64,000 nucleotides of DNA from Thermoplasmata archaeon. Its GTDB lineage: Archaea; Thermoplasmatota; Thermoplasmata; Lutacidiplasmatales; UBA184. How positions within the stretch are numbered: the first letter of the stretch is position 1; the number at the start of each line of letters is the position of its first letter. The stretch is from assembly GCA_035945215.1 (NCBI GenBank), contig DASZAJ010000002.1, forward strand, positions 133,057-197,056, written 5' to 3'. Position numbers and translations under genes: made by a program. Of this stretch, positions 16,591 through 26,972 are shown piece after piece. The notes under the pieces are model-generated. The model was not told where the DNA came from and searched no databases. It saw only the letters and a program-made list of their open reading frames with translations.

Positions 16591-19500
16591 ATGGGGGTCC
16601 TTGCCGTTGCGGCGGTCCTTCTCCTCATGATGGCGGGGGTACCCACATCGGCAACTACCCCCGCTTCCGGAGGGAGCCCGCCGGGACCTTCCCTGTCGAA
16701 GGCGATCACCGCACCTCCGATCCACTCGGTCTCACAGATCGTCAGAACCCCCACCTCGGGCCCGGGGTACCAGTCGCTCTGCCTGTTGGGCATGCTGCGG
16801 GGGTGTTCGCCCGACGGCGGCGCCGCCCCGGTCGTTCCGACGCCTCTCGCCTCGCGACCCTCGTCCTGGGCGAACATCACGCCCATGAGCCCAGGGCCGA
16901 ACCCTTCTGAGCGTTTGCTTACCTCGATGACCTACTACCCGACTGGTCACGACGTGCTACTGTTCGGAGGGTACGGATGCACCCTTGTCTGCAACGACAC
17001 ATGGTCGTTCGCCCATGGGAACTGGACCGACCTAGTTCCGAGCTCGACCTGCACTAGCACCACATGCCCCTCGCCTCGGGCCGACGCGATGATGGCCTAC
17101 TATGCCCCGCTCGGAGGCGTTCTCCTATTCGGCGGTGGCCTCTCGTTCTTCGGCGTGACCCACGCGTTCGGCGACACGTGGCTCTTCCAGGGCGGAGCTT
17201 GGCGCAACATCAGCGGCACAGTCGGCACAGCGCCATCCCCCCGATTCGACGGGGCGATGACCTGGGATTCCCTCGACAACTACGTCCTGTTGTTCGGGGG
17301 CTCGCTCGCGACCGGAGCGACGCTCGGGGACACTTGGATCTTCAACGGAACATGGCACAACATCTCGGCTTCGGTCGGGACGTCGCCCCCGTCGCCGCGA
17401 GCCGGGATGGCCATCGCGAATTCTCCGTCGGGGTACATCCTCATGTACGGAGGGGAAGCGTGGAACGGGACTGCCTCGGTCATCCTCAACGACTTTCCGA
17501 CGTCCGGTTGCTTCCCCTTGCCCCATGTCGCATACTGGTTCTACGGTGGCGTCTGGAGCCCGATCAAGTACCCTGCGTGTCCCAACCTGCCTTTCCGACC
17601 GGCTGTCACGACCCCCGGAGATCCCCCACCTTGTGGCCGCACGGGGGCCGCTCTCGGATGGAGCCCGAAGAACGCACACTTCGTCCTCTACGGCGGCTAC
17701 GGAACGACGTTCACCACGACCTGCAGCGGCCCGATCCGAGAGCTCAACGACACGTGGACGTACACGGCGCCGCCGGGTACTTCGATCAACGGCTTTGCCT
17801 GGGCTCCCTCCGGGGATTCCGGCGACCCGTCGAACCGATCCACCATGGGTTACGCGGCCGACCTGACGGACGGTTACTTCGTCCTCTTCGGTGGGACGGA
17901 CGGAACGAATGCGTTCAACTCGACGTGGCGCTACTACGCCCTGGTCCATGCCCGCCTGACCGGACCCTCCGACATCGAGACCAATGCGAGCAAATTGGGC
18001 TTCACCGTCCCGTTCACCGTCTTCGGAGAGGGCGGGACCGGCACGCTTGAGTACGCCTTCTCGGTCCCATGGAAGCTGAACTCGAACCTCCTCACGGATA
18101 GCGGCAGCACGGGTTGCGCCGAGCTCTCGAACCAGACCGGGCTTGTTTACGGGCCCCTGCCGGGAATCGGGACCGCGCAGATCACCTGCACGCCGACCCC
18201 GCAGAGCTACAACCAGTACCGAGTGACGGTCCATGTTTGGGACGTCAACAACGTTTCCGACTCCGCCACCTCGGACTGGTCGTTCAGAGTGCATCCTCCG
18301 GAGACGATCGCGATCCACTCCCAATTCTCGGGGTACTTCTATTCCGGGGTCACCTTTCCGAACAAGTTCGCGGTATACACGACCACGGCGGGGGCGAACG
18401 CCGTCTCCGTCCGGGCCTCCCTCGGTGGCGTCGGCGTTCCATTCGTCCAACGCTCGGGCGCCGGACAATGGTGGGACGCCTCGGTAGACATCGGCACGAT
18501 CCCCTACGGGCCGCAGATCCTCCACGTCATCGCCACGTTCGCCAGCAATTGGACGCTCGACGCGAACTACACGGTGAACGTGATCGAGACTCCCGATTGG
18601 CTCCTCAGCGTGATCAAGTTCCCGCAGGTCACCCAGACGATCGCGACCAAGGGGGCGGGGCCGTTCAACGAGAGCTACTCGATCACGGAAGCGTTCCAGT
18701 GGTCGCTCGACAAGGCGCTCGGCTTCAACATCGAACTGCCGTTCGTGAAAGGGAATGTCTCCCTGATCCCGGCCATCACGGTCTCCCTCAAGGTGAACTC
18801 CGCCGGGAACCTGACCCTCGGGGGCAGCCTCTCGCTCAAGCCTCCCTCGATCGACCTCGGACCCGCCTCGGTCGGGATCACCCTCACCTTCGCCCTGAAA
18901 GCCACGTTCAAGATCGCCTCGGTCGGCGGCGAGATCCAAGGGATCACCTGGCAGACCGCGGTCGCGTCGTTCACTCTCGCGGGGAAGTTCAGCGCGTCGG
19001 TCCCGATCTACGGATTCAACATCCTCGGGGTCAAGGTCGGATTCACCCTCGAGGTCGAGGTCGATCCTTCGATCACGCTCGGGCTCGTCCTCGCCCCGAC
19101 GACGCCGGGCTTCGACGAGTTCATTTCCGGCATCCAGGTGAAGATCCAACAGTTCATCGGAAGCTTCACCCTCCCCCTCTCGCTCGCGGTCAACTTCGGG
19201 ATCGGGATCGCCTCGATCGGGATCGGCGGCCAGATATCGATCGCGGTCAATTTCGCGACGACGACGGGGCTCTACATCCCCGCCGGATGGATCAACGGGT
19301 CGATCTTCGTCGAGGCGAGCTTCCTCTGGTGGTCCGACCAGTGGGATCTCGCGAGCGGCACGATCTACTCCTGGACCAGCCCGCCCCCGCCGGTCGCCGT
19401 GGGCCTCGGTCCACCGCCACCGCCCCTGATCGCCCTCCCGGGCGCGGCGTACAACAACGGCACCAACACCACCTGGTCGATCCAGTCCCGCTACTACCTC

Positions 19501-20814
19501 TCTCCCTCCTACGACCGGAATGTGTGGTCGGCCGCGGGCAGCGCCGGCCCCGCGATCTCGGACATCTATCCGCACACGGAAGTGAGCACGGCCGCGGCGG
19601 CCGACGGAAGTTTCCTATTCTACACGAACGACAACGCCAACCTCTCGGCGTCGCAGGGCCTCGGCGTCTCCGCCCTTCGTCTCGATCCCACGACGAACGC
19701 CCTCTCCCGGCTTCCCGCGCCGAACGATCCGAACTTCATTCTCAGCTCCCCCCGTGCGACGACGCTTCCGGACGGCAGCATCTACCTCCTCTGGGATGCA
19801 CTTCCGATCGGCGAGACCGGCGTCGCGAGCCCGGCCTCCCTCACCACGCTCGAGCTTCATGGCGCGCGATTCGACCCGGTGAGCCACACGTGGGGTCCGA
19901 CCCGAACGTGGACCTCTTGGGGCCTCGCCCAATCGTATCGGGTGGATGCGACCGGGGGGGAGGACACCGTGGCCGCGCTGGTGAGTTCGGGGTACCTCCT
20001 CGGATCCACGTCCCCGGAGCATCTCGTCGTCTTCAACCTCGACACGGGCGCCGAGGTCGGGAACTCAAGCGTCCACGGACTTTCGACCGTGGTCTCCGTC
20101 CGCGGCGCCCTCGGGGAGGCGCTCGTCCAGGACGTCGGGGGGAACTACTCCACGGTCACCCTCGGCACCGGAACCTCGGCTCCGATCGGCTTCGCATCCC
20201 CGATCGGGGGCAGCCTCGTCTCGGCCGAGCTGGCGTCCGGCTCTCCGTCCACCGCCGTGCTTCTCTACCGGGCCTCGAACCGCTCGGTGCTCGCCCTCTA
20301 CGATCTCTCGACCGGTCAGACCGTAGCGAACCTCCCGCTCGGCGAGGATGCCTTCGAGGCGGAGGCGGTGGCGAGCGGCTCGAACTACGATGTGTTCGTC
20401 CGGACTCCTGCGGGGATTCAGGGCTGGCTCGAAGCTGGAGGGGCCTTCACGAACCTCACGGACTCACCCGGCAGCGGGGTCGTGAGTTACAGCCTCGTCC
20501 AGGACGGGAGCGGCCTCGTGATCGACTCCCTGGTGGCGTCGGGCCCTTCGTCGACTCCGACCCTGACGTTGTACTTCTCGGAGGTCGGGGCCAGTCTGCC
20601 ACCGATCACCCGGACTCCGTCGCCCCCCGTCGCGGGCTCGCACTCCACCTCCCCCAACTATCCCCTCTATCTCGGGATCGTCGCGGCGGCCGACGTCCTC
20701 CTCCTCGCGGTCGTGGCCGTGTGGGCGAACCGCCGTTCCCGCCCCCCCGCCTCGCCTCCGAGCCCACCGACCGCACCCGTGACGCCTCCCCCGCCTGGAT
20801 CGGAGCCCGGATGA
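16591..20814 (+). CDS. Large surface protein: kelch/galactose-oxidase-type propeller, beta-rich core, C-terminal TM
   Basis: Signal peptide, repeated PSPR...M.YD...LLFGG...DTW units, C-terminal TM plus RRSR and a Pro-rich tail. Confidence 0.85.
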   Translation: MGVLAVAAVLLLMMAGVPTSATTPASGGSPPGPSLSKAITAPPIHSVSQIVRTPTSGPGYQSLCLLGMLRGCSPDGGAAPVVPTPLASRPSSWANITPMSPGPNPSERLLTSMTYYPTGHDVLLFGGYGCTLVCNDTWSFAHGNWTDLVPSSTCTSTTCPSPRADAMMAYYAPLGGVLLFGGGLSFFGVTHAFGDTWLFQGGAWRNISGTVGTAPSPRFDGAMTWDSLDNYVLLFGGSLATGATLGDTWIFNGTWHNISASVGTSPPSPRAGMAIANSPSGYILMYGGEAWNGTASVILNDFPTSGCFPLPHVAYWFYGGVWSPIKYPACPNLPFRPAVTTPGDPPPCGRTGAALGWSPKNAHFVLYGGYGTTFTTTCSGPIRELNDTWTYTAPPGTSINGFAWAPSGDSGDPSNRSTMGYAADLTDGYFVLFGGTDGTNAFNSTWRYYALVHARLTGPSDIETNASKLGFTVPFTVFGEGGTGTLEYAFSVPWKLNSNLLTDSGSTGCAELSNQTGLVYGPLPGIGTAQITCTPTPQSYNQYRVTVHVWDVNNVSDSATSDWSFRVHPPETIAIHSQFSGYFYSGVTFPNKFAVYTTTAGANAVSVRASLGGVGVPFVQRSGAGQWWDASVDIGTIPYGPQILHVIATFASNWTLDANYTVNVIETPDWLLSVIKFPQVTQTIATKGAGPFNESYSITEAFQWSLDKALGFNIELPFVKGNVSLIPAITVSLKVNSAGNLTLGGSLSLKPPSIDLGPASVGITLTFALKATFKIASVGGEIQGITWQTAVASFTLAGKFSASVPIYGFNILGVKVGFTLEVEVDPSITLGLVLAPTTPGFDEFISGIQVKIQQFIGSFTLPLSLAVNFGIGIASIGIGGQISIAVNFATTTGLYIPAGWINGSIFVEASFLWWSDQWDLASGTIYSWTSPPPPVAVGLGPPPPPLIALPGAAYNNGTNTTWSIQSRYYLSPSYDRNVWSAAGSAGPAISDIYPHTEVSTAAAADGSFLFYTNDNANLSASQGLGVSALRLDPTTNALSRLPAPNDPNFILSSPRATTLPDGSIYLLWDALPIGETGVASPASLTTLELHGARFDPVSHTWGPTRTWTSWGLAQSYRVDATGGEDTVAALVSSGYLLGSTSPEHLVVFNLDTGAEVGNSSVHGLSTVVSVRGALGEALVQDVGGNYSTVTLGTGTSAPIGFASPIGGSLVSAELASGSPSTAVLLYRASNRSVLALYDLSTGQTVANLPLGEDAFEAEAVASGSNYDVFVRTPAGIQGWLEAGGAFTNLTDSPGSGVVSYSLVQDGSGLVIDSLVASGPSSTPTLTLYFSEVGASLPPITRTPSPPVAGSHSTSPNYPLYLGIVAAADVLLLAVVAVWANRRSRPPASPPSPPTAPVTPPPPGSEPG

Positions 20815-22931
20815 GGGTGCTCTTCGGAAGGATGGGGGGCAGCCGGTCTCGTCGCTCCAGGACCCTGGGGCCGGTTCTCGTCGTCGCCGTGTGCCTGATC
20901 TTGGTCCTTCCGTTGGGCGGTTCCGAAGGACGCTCCCTCGTGTTCCCCCCCGCGGTTCGAGGGCCAACTCTCTCTGCCTTCGGGGCGATCCATACCCAAC
21001 TATCCTCCCCCCCGAAAGCGACGGAGACGCACCGTGGAATCGGCCCTGGGAATGCCATTCCCCTGGAATGGGTCAATGTTACCCAGACCGCGCCTGGTTC
21101 CGCACCACCCAGTGCGTCCGCGGGTTCGATGGCCTACGACCCCTTGGATCACGAGACGGTCTATTTCGGCGGCTGCCTGAGGTTGGTCTGCGCGACCAAC
21201 CAGACCTGGGTCTTCTCGGGGGGCACGTGGCTCAACCTCACCGATCCCCACGATGCACCGCCCGCACGGTACGGGGCCACCATGGACTACGATGGGAACA
21301 TGGGCGGCCTCCTGCTGTTCGGGGGGTACGGCTCCAGCTCGTACCTCGATGACACCTGGTTCTTTCACGCGGGGGTCTGGACCAACCTCTCCCCTACCCT
21401 CGCGACGAATCCTCCCGCGCGAGTTGACGCCAGCATGGCGTTCGTTCCCGATCCCGAGGAGAACGGGTCGGTCCTCTTCGGCGGGTACGAACCCGGACTC
21501 GGCGGCTGGGCCAACGACACCTGGATCTGGCACGGCGCTGCGGGTTGGGTCCTTCTCCAGCCGAGCGGTCCGGTCCCGCCGCCCTCCGGACACACCCAGA
21601 TGGCCTACGATCCCGTCGAAGGCGCCCTCGTCCTTTTCGGCTGCGGCTACGGGGGCTGCGCGGTGCCCAATCAGACGTGGGAGCTCTACTCCGGGCAATG
21701 GTGGCATGTCGTCCCCCCAAGTCCCGTCCCTCCGTACCGTTCCGATGCGTCGATGACCTACGACGCCGGCCTCTCGGCGATCGTCCTGTTCGGAGGGCTG
21801 GGCGCTTCGGGCTACCTCAGCGATACCTGGAAGTTCGCCGGCGGCGTTTGGGCGAAGCTTTCGGTCGGGATCGCGCCGCCCGCTCGCTCCTCCGCCATGA
21901 TGGCCTCCGATTCGGGGGGATCTCCCCCGGTGCTCTTCGGCGGCGCTAACGGTCGCCTCTCCAGTCTCAACGATACGTGGGTGCTCGAGGCCCCCCCTAC
22001 CGTCGGGATCTCGGCGACCCCGACGATGGCCGAGACCTCCACCCCCGTGACCCTCAACGCGAGCGCGTCGGGCGGAACCTACCCGTATCGGGTGGTCTTT
22101 GCGTTCGGGGATGGTGCGAGCGCCGTGGCCGCGGTCTCGGCGATTCTCCCCACGGGGTTCGTGTTCACGGCCGCCCACAGCTACCTGAAAGCCGGCGCCT
22201 ACTCGCCCTCGGTGAACCTGACCGATGCCTTGGGGGCCCTCGTGACGAGCCGGGTCGTCCCTGCGGTCCTGGTCACCCGGGGACCGACCGTAGGTCCCCC
22301 CTCCGAACCCGGATCGGGCGATGTCGGACTCGCGCTCTCCTTCCAAGGGGGGCCGGTCACGAACGGCACCCCGCCCTTCCGATTCGACTGGTCGTTCGGG
22401 GACGGAGGCACGGCTACGGGACAGAATGCGAGTCACACGTTCACGGCGCCGGGAATCTTCAGCGGGAACCTGACCGTGACCGACGCGCTGGGCGGAAGTT
22501 CGGTGGCGAGCTTCACCGAGATCATCCACCCCATCCCGGCCGCCACCATCGCGGTCACGCCCCACGCGCCGGTCACGGGAACTGTGACGACGTTCTTCGA
22601 GAACGTCACGGGAGGGAGTGCGCCGTTCCGATACACCTGGAGGTTCGGCGACGGCGGGACGAGCACGGTCCCCTCTCCCCAGCACGTCTTCACCACCGCG
22701 GGCAGCTTCACGGTCGAGCTCTGGGTGAACGACTCGCTCGGCGCCTCCGCCCACCAGAGCCTCATCGTGCCGTTGGCGCCGGGCCCGTCGACGCCTCCGG
22801 CCACGAACTCCAGTGGGGGCTCCACGGGCGCTCCCGGGTGGTTCTGGCCCGGTATCGGCGCGCTCGTGGTCGTAGGTGCGCTCGGGGGTTTCCTCTTGCT
22901 TCGCCGGGGTCGATCGACGAAGCGGGTTTGA
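20811..22931 (+). CDS. Kelch-repeat plus PKD-domain surface protein
   Basis: ATGA overlap with the preceding gene; six kelch-like repeats; three PKD domains (W.FGDG); C-terminal TM. Confidence 0.85.
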   Translation: MRVLFGRMGGSRSRRSRTLGPVLVVAVCLILVLPLGGSEGRSLVFPPAVRGPTLSAFGAIHTQLSSPPKATETHRGIGPGNAIPLEWVNVTQTAPGSAPPSASAGSMAYDPLDHETVYFGGCLRLVCATNQTWVFSGGTWLNLTDPHDAPPARYGATMDYDGNMGGLLLFGGYGSSSYLDDTWFFHAGVWTNLSPTLATNPPARVDASMAFVPDPEENGSVLFGGYEPGLGGWANDTWIWHGAAGWVLLQPSGPVPPPSGHTQMAYDPVEGALVLFGCGYGGCAVPNQTWELYSGQWWHVVPPSPVPPYRSDASMTYDAGLSAIVLFGGLGASGYLSDTWKFAGGVWAKLSVGIAPPARSSAMMASDSGGSPPVLFGGANGRLSSLNDTWVLEAPPTVGISATPTMAETSTPVTLNASASGGTYPYRVVFAFGDGASAVAAVSAILPTGFVFTAAHSYLKAGAYSPSVNLTDALGALVTSRVVPAVLVTRGPTVGPPSEPGSGDVGLALSFQGGPVTNGTPPFRFDWSFGDGGTATGQNASHTFTAPGIFSGNLTVTDALGGSSVASFTEIIHPIPAATIAVTPHAPVTGTVTTFFENVTGGSAPFRYTWRFGDGGTSTVPSPQHVFTTAGSFTVELWVNDSLGASAHQSLIVPLAPGPSTPPATNSSGGSTGAPGWFWPGIGALVVVGALGGFLLLRRGRSTKRV

Positions 22932-23019
22932 ACCGGCCCGCGCCTCCGTGAGGTCCTCCGAGACACCCGATGAGGTCGATCGGACCCCGCCGTTGGCTGG
23001 CATAGGACGTTCGCCTCCC

Positions 23020-23150
23020 CAACAATCCGCCCGGCGACGGCCAACGCGGTGGATAGGCATCCGCCGGGCGGCGCGAGTTCGGTGAGTTCCCGAGCCAGCC
23101 CGATTATCCGCTCCGGGATCTCCGGGTCTCGGTTCAAAAAGGCACCCCGA
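23020..23150 (-). pseudogene. Decayed remnant of an mntA/hepT junction
   Basis: LNRDPEIPERIIGLARELTELA vs MNRDRELTERMIGLARELADLA (HepT at 7263). DNA similarity spans the same TTGA overlap; no Rx4H motif follows. Confidence 0.65.
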
Positions 23151-23350
23151 CTTTCCGTCGACGAGACGTTCCCAATTCTGACGTCGCGCACGGCCCGAAC
23201 TCCGAGGTCGAATCGAGCCCAGATTGGAAAGCTCCAACCAGGAAAAGTCCCCCCCCAATTCATCTCCTGCGCGTCTTGGCTACCCCGGCGCGTCGAGTAC
23301 TGAATCGGTGGCGATGGCAATTTATTCCCCATAAAGGGTAATAAGTCAGC

Positions 23351-23365
23351 GATTCCTCAGGAATC
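23351..23365 (+). promoter_or_regulatory. Palindromic operator upstream of the wHTH-NTase operon
   Basis: gattcct-c-aggaatc, a perfect 7-bp inverted repeat ending just before ATG 23367. Confidence 0.55.
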
Positions 23366-23366
23366 C

Positions 23367-23816
23367 ATGCGGATCGACCCCCGCCTCACCGTGCTATTCG
23401 GCAGTGAGACGCGAGTCCGAACTCTCGCCGTGCTCGCGGGGGCCCATCGTCCCATGACTCCCTATAGGGTCGGAAAGGTGGGATCGATCCCGATGGCGAA
23501 GGTTTACCGTGAGATCGCGCGGCTCGGCCGGGCCGGCCTACTTCGACAGGAGGGGGGCGGTTGGATTCTAGTCAACGATGACCTTCGCCGGTTCCTCTTG
23601 AGGCGGATTCGGGTTGCCTGGGGCAAGGATTGGTTCCAAGAACGGAGCCAACGGGCCTCGAGGGAGACCATTATTTTGGAACGGCTACGTCGGATCCCCC
23701 ACCCCCGGCCCCCAGAAGGCTGGAAGCCGAGAACCCCGAAACGATTCGACCGGTCTCCGATCAAGGACCAGATCCTGCAAGAGATGGGTCTACGGGCCTC
23801 CCTCCATGCTGACTAG
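23367..23816 (+). CDS. Winged-helix protein, putative antitoxin/regulator
   Basis: LFGSETRVRTLAVL...TPYRVGK...KVYREIARL..AGLL; overlaps the NTase gene. Confidence 0.7.
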   Translation: MRIDPRLTVLFGSETRVRTLAVLAGAHRPMTPYRVGKVGSIPMAKVYREIARLGRAGLLRQEGGGWILVNDDLRRFLLRRIRVAWGKDWFQERSQRASRETIILERLRRIPHPRPPEGWKPRTPKRFDRSPIKDQILQEMGLRASLHAD

Positions 23817-24396
23817 GTTGGAATTCGACGCGTTACTACGACCGGTTTCCGATCCGGGTAAGCGGATCGCCCTATTCGGGGCGCTTCTGGCCCGCGAGTC
23901 GGGGCTTAACGCCAAGCTCGAGGTCACGGGCGGTTCCGCGATGACCGTCTATTCTCAGAGCCGGATCTCGTCGGCCGACGTGGATATTGTTGGCGATCGA
24001 CGAAGGATCGTCCCGGTCCTCAGGCGCTGGGGATTCATCGCTCAGGAGGATCCGGAAGACGGCCGCGTGTATTGGCGCCGCGAGGATCATTCGCTCGCCG
24101 TCGACATCGTCCGCCGCGGGCGTCGGGCCGGATCTGGGAGGTCGGGCACATCTCGCGTAATCGCGACCGAGGCGGGCGACGTCTACCTGACCGCCATCGA
24201 GGATCTGATCGTACGGCGCCTCGTGTTTTGGAGCCGGGATGGGACGCCGGCCCTCCTTGATCATGCCGTGCTGCTGTTCCTGGAACACAGCGACGAAATC
24301 GACCTCGACTACCTCGAATTCGAGGTTCGCTACGAGAAGATCGATGTCGCCTACCGCGAACTTCGACGACTCGCCGAAGCCGCGGGCCGCAAGTGA
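23806..24396 (+). CDS. Pol-beta-superfamily nucleotidyltransferase (DUF6036/AbiEii-like)
   Basis: VTGGSAM...SADVDIV, AVDIV, IEDLIVRRL, IDLDYL. Confidence 0.75.
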   Translation: MLTRLEFDALLRPVSDPGKRIALFGALLARESGLNAKLEVTGGSAMTVYSQSRISSADVDIVGDRRRIVPVLRRWGFIAQEDPEDGRVYWRREDHSLAVDIVRRGRRAGSGRSGTSRVIATEAGDVYLTAIEDLIVRRLVFWSRDGTPALLDHAVLLFLEHSDEIDLDYLEFEVRYEKIDVAYRELRRLAEAAGRK

Positions 24397-24618
24397 TTCT
24401 CCCCCCCTAGTAGCTCCCGAGAACGTTGGCCCTTCTCGCCCCCTAATGGGGCCTAGCCCAGAGGCGACGTCCCGACTGGGTCCTCCGGCCCGATCTCGGG
24501 AAACCGATCCGGGTCGACTCGGCCGGGGGATGAACCCGGAAAGAGTGGGGCCAAGAACCAAAGGGCAAACACGCGAATGCGCTCGTCAGAACGTGCGCCA
24601 GAGTTTCGGATGTCGGCT

Positions 24619-24972
24619 CTACGTCTTCGCGAACCGAACGCGTCGGAGCGATTTCGCGATCTTCGGGAGGTCGTCTCGGACGAAGCGCCATAGCTTCTCG
24701 GGATCGTACGAGCGCTCGTACCGGTGCGAAATCTCATTTCGGATCTCGAAAATGGGGCGCCAAGGGATCTGAGGGTTCGCGTTTCGAAACGAAACTCCCA
24801 GCGCGTTCGCGGCTTCTTCGAACCGTTCGAACTGCCGCTCTATCGTGGCTTGGGCCCCGCTTTCGGGGTCCACAAAGGCCTCGTGGCCCTTCGAGACCCA
24901 GTGCGCTACGGTTTGACAGTACTGGACCATGTCGTCGACGAGAATCCGGGGCGTGGCGGCCGTGCGCCTCAC
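24619..24972 (-). CDS. hepT: HepT-like HEPN RNase toxin (DUF86)
   Basis: IPW..I..IRNEISHRY (Rx4HxY), D.EKLW.FV.DDLP. Confidence 0.85.
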   Translation of the reverse strand: MRRTAATPRILVDDMVQYCQTVAHWVSKGHEAFVDPESGAQATIERQFERFEEAANALGVSFRNANPQIPWRPIFEIRNEISHRYERSYDPEKLWRFVRDDLPKIAKSLRRVRFAKT

Positions 24973-25406
24973 AGATCCACTGCCTCGGCCAGAATCTGGG
25001 GGCGGATCGCCCAGTGAAGGTTCCTCTCCTCCACCGTGTCCACCCTCCGTCCAAGCAGGTCCTGGAGCGCGAGGCGGAACTCAGCGACGTCGAGGAGGGA
25101 AGTGTCGTTCCCCCAATCTATGAGGAAGTCGAGATCGCTGTCGGCATCGGCCTCCCGGCGTCGGACCGATCCGAAGACGCGTATTCTGCGAGCGCCGAAC
25201 TTTTTCGCCAACAGACGAATTTCCTTCCGGCGTGGGGCCAATAGCTCCTCAAGCCCGAGCCCTTCGCCGAGGCGTACCTCGCCGATCCTCGGGGAGGCCC
25301 AGTTGGTCGATTTGCAGCGAGGGCAGACCCTTGGCCGCCGGTAGCGCATCCGCCACGTGTAGATGCATCGATAGCAGTGGCCGAAACGGACCAGCCGTCG
25401 AGTCAT
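24969..25406 (-). CDS. mntA: MntA-like antitoxin with N-terminal Zn ribbon
   Basis: CYRC...CPRC; FGSVRRREADADSDLD; LGRRVD. Start 25406 chosen by alignment to copy 1 (alternative 25430). Confidence 0.85.
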   Translation of the reverse strand: MTRRLVRFGHCYRCIYTWRMRYRRPRVCPRCKSTNWASPRIGEVRLGEGLGLEELLAPRRKEIRLLAKKFGARRIRVFGSVRRREADADSDLDFLIDWGNDTSLLDVAEFRLALQDLLGRRVDTVEERNLHWAIRPQILAEAVDL

Positions 25407-25443
25407 TCCCGCCACCCACCCTTCCATCATTGGCCATACAGCC

Positions 25444-25464
25444 TACTTAGGGCTATCGGCGGAA
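25444..25464 (-). promoter_or_regulatory. Conserved upstream motif of mntA-hepT operon 2
   Basis: tacttagggctatcggcggaa, 19/21 identical to 7719-7739. Confidence 0.6.
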
Positions 25465-25620
25465 GTAAGACTCACCGCCTGCAGACCGGCTGATGTCGTC
25501 GTCGGAAACCCGAGCCCTGTTGTGGCCGAATACCACAACCGTCGGTCGATCGACGAGCACGGCCGAGCCTGGCGGGACGTCGGTCGACACTCGATGGCCG
25601 TCGACGCTTTCCGGTTTCTG

Positions 25621-26751
25621 CTAGCGGGTAGCCTTGGCGTGGTAGCGCCGACTTCGTGGCCACCGCTCACGAGCGGGCGGTCTCGTCGCCTCGGAAACAT
25701 ACACTCGGACCATCGGATCCACGAGCTCGTACCGTCCTTCGGTCCGGCGTAGCAGCGCCCCCGCCTCGAGCGCTTGTAGGACCCGTTGAACCGCCCCGTC
25801 ATTCACCGGCCCGCCCGTCGCTCGGTCCATGGATTCCCGGATGGTGACCCAAGAGGCCCCGAGCGCGGCGGACTTCAGGGCGGCCCAATACAGCGGAACG
25901 TCGTGCGACCCGAAGAAATGGGCCAACTCCGATTCCGCCACCTTCTTTCCTTCCCGGATGGTCTCCTTCAACGCCGACTCCGGGGACAGCCGTCGAACGG
26001 CCAGATGATTCCCGTAGAGAGTCAACCAGCCCGGAGTTCCGTCGAGCGGGCCGTCGAGTGCGCGGGCGAGGTCGGCGGGGTTCAGCGGGACGCTCGACTC
26101 CTTGGCCCCCCGCAGGAGGAACCGCTCGCTCGTCGACCGGTCGAACGGTCCGAGGGGAAAGGCGACCGGGGCGCGGCCGAAGAGCGGCGAGCTCGTGGTC
26201 GGTTCCAAGAGGGTCCGAACGAGGCCGATCCGCGAGCCGGTGAAAATGAACCCCAATTTGGGCCGCGAGTTGAACAGGTTCCCGAGGAGCTTCAGCAGCG
26301 CCCCGGCATTGGCGGAGAGCTCCTGGACCTCATCCAGGACGACCAGGCAAGAGCCCGGCTCGGTACCGAGGAGATTGAGCAGATCCCACGCGGACTTCAA
26401 TGGCCGGCGGGAAGCGGTCAGCGAGAATCCCCCGGGGCCCACCGCGAACCCTTCGACCCGTTGGGCCGCGCGGGCGAGCCGGGAGCGAAGAGAGGCGGAC
26501 TCATTGAGCCCGGCGATCAACCCTTCGACCAGTCCGGAAACGGTCCGGACCCCCCAGAGGTTTACGTACGCCCCCGGCAGTCCCAACCGATTCCGGACGG
26601 CTTTGACGAGGCTAGTCTTCCCGACCATTCGTGGACCCAGGACCACCACCCATCGATGGGCCTCCACCAATCGGCGGAGCTCGGCCAGTTCCCGCTCTCG
26701 GCCGAAGAGCTCACCGGCCGTCTCCTTCGGGGCCAGGTCAAAGAGCGCCAT
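25621..26751 (-). CDS. Archaeal AAA+/STAND-like ATPase (COG1672) with C-terminal wHTH
   Basis: LFGREREL, Walker A GPRMVGKTS, Walker B VVLDEVQ, FIFTGS, LDGTPGWL, YELVDP. Confidence 0.88.
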   Translation of the reverse strand: MALFDLAPKETAGELFGRERELAELRRLVEAHRWVVVLGPRMVGKTSLVKAVRNRLGLPGAYVNLWGVRTVSGLVEGLIAGLNESASLRSRLARAAQRVEGFAVGPGGFSLTASRRPLKSAWDLLNLLGTEPGSCLVVLDEVQELSANAGALLKLLGNLFNSRPKLGFIFTGSRIGLVRTLLEPTTSSPLFGRAPVAFPLGPFDRSTSERFLLRGAKESSVPLNPADLARALDGPLDGTPGWLTLYGNHLAVRRLSPESALKETIREGKKVAESELAHFFGSHDVPLYWAALKSAALGASWVTIRESMDRATGGPVNDGAVQRVLQALEAGALLRRTEGRYELVDPMVRVYVSEATRPPARERWPRSRRYHAKATR

Positions 26752-26972
26752 CGCTTATGGTCCACAAGTTATTGTGACCCATAAGTAGTTTGCCGCCGCG
26801 AAGGGCGATGCGCCCGCCTCGGAGCGCCGGTCGCCGATGCGGGTCCAAGAAACCGCGCCCGTTGTTGCGGAGTATCCGGGACGCCCGCTTGGCGTAGCCA
26901 TTTGAAGCGAGGAATAATCTTCGATCCGCTAGACTCACCGCTTCGTTCCCGGCGAACCCCGGCCAGAGGGAT

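Noticed and set aside
18114..20810. First 899 codons of the 1605-aa ORF 18114-22931
   Set aside because: Arg/Pro-rich shadow frame of the kelch gene; the real gene starts at the ATGA overlap at 20811.
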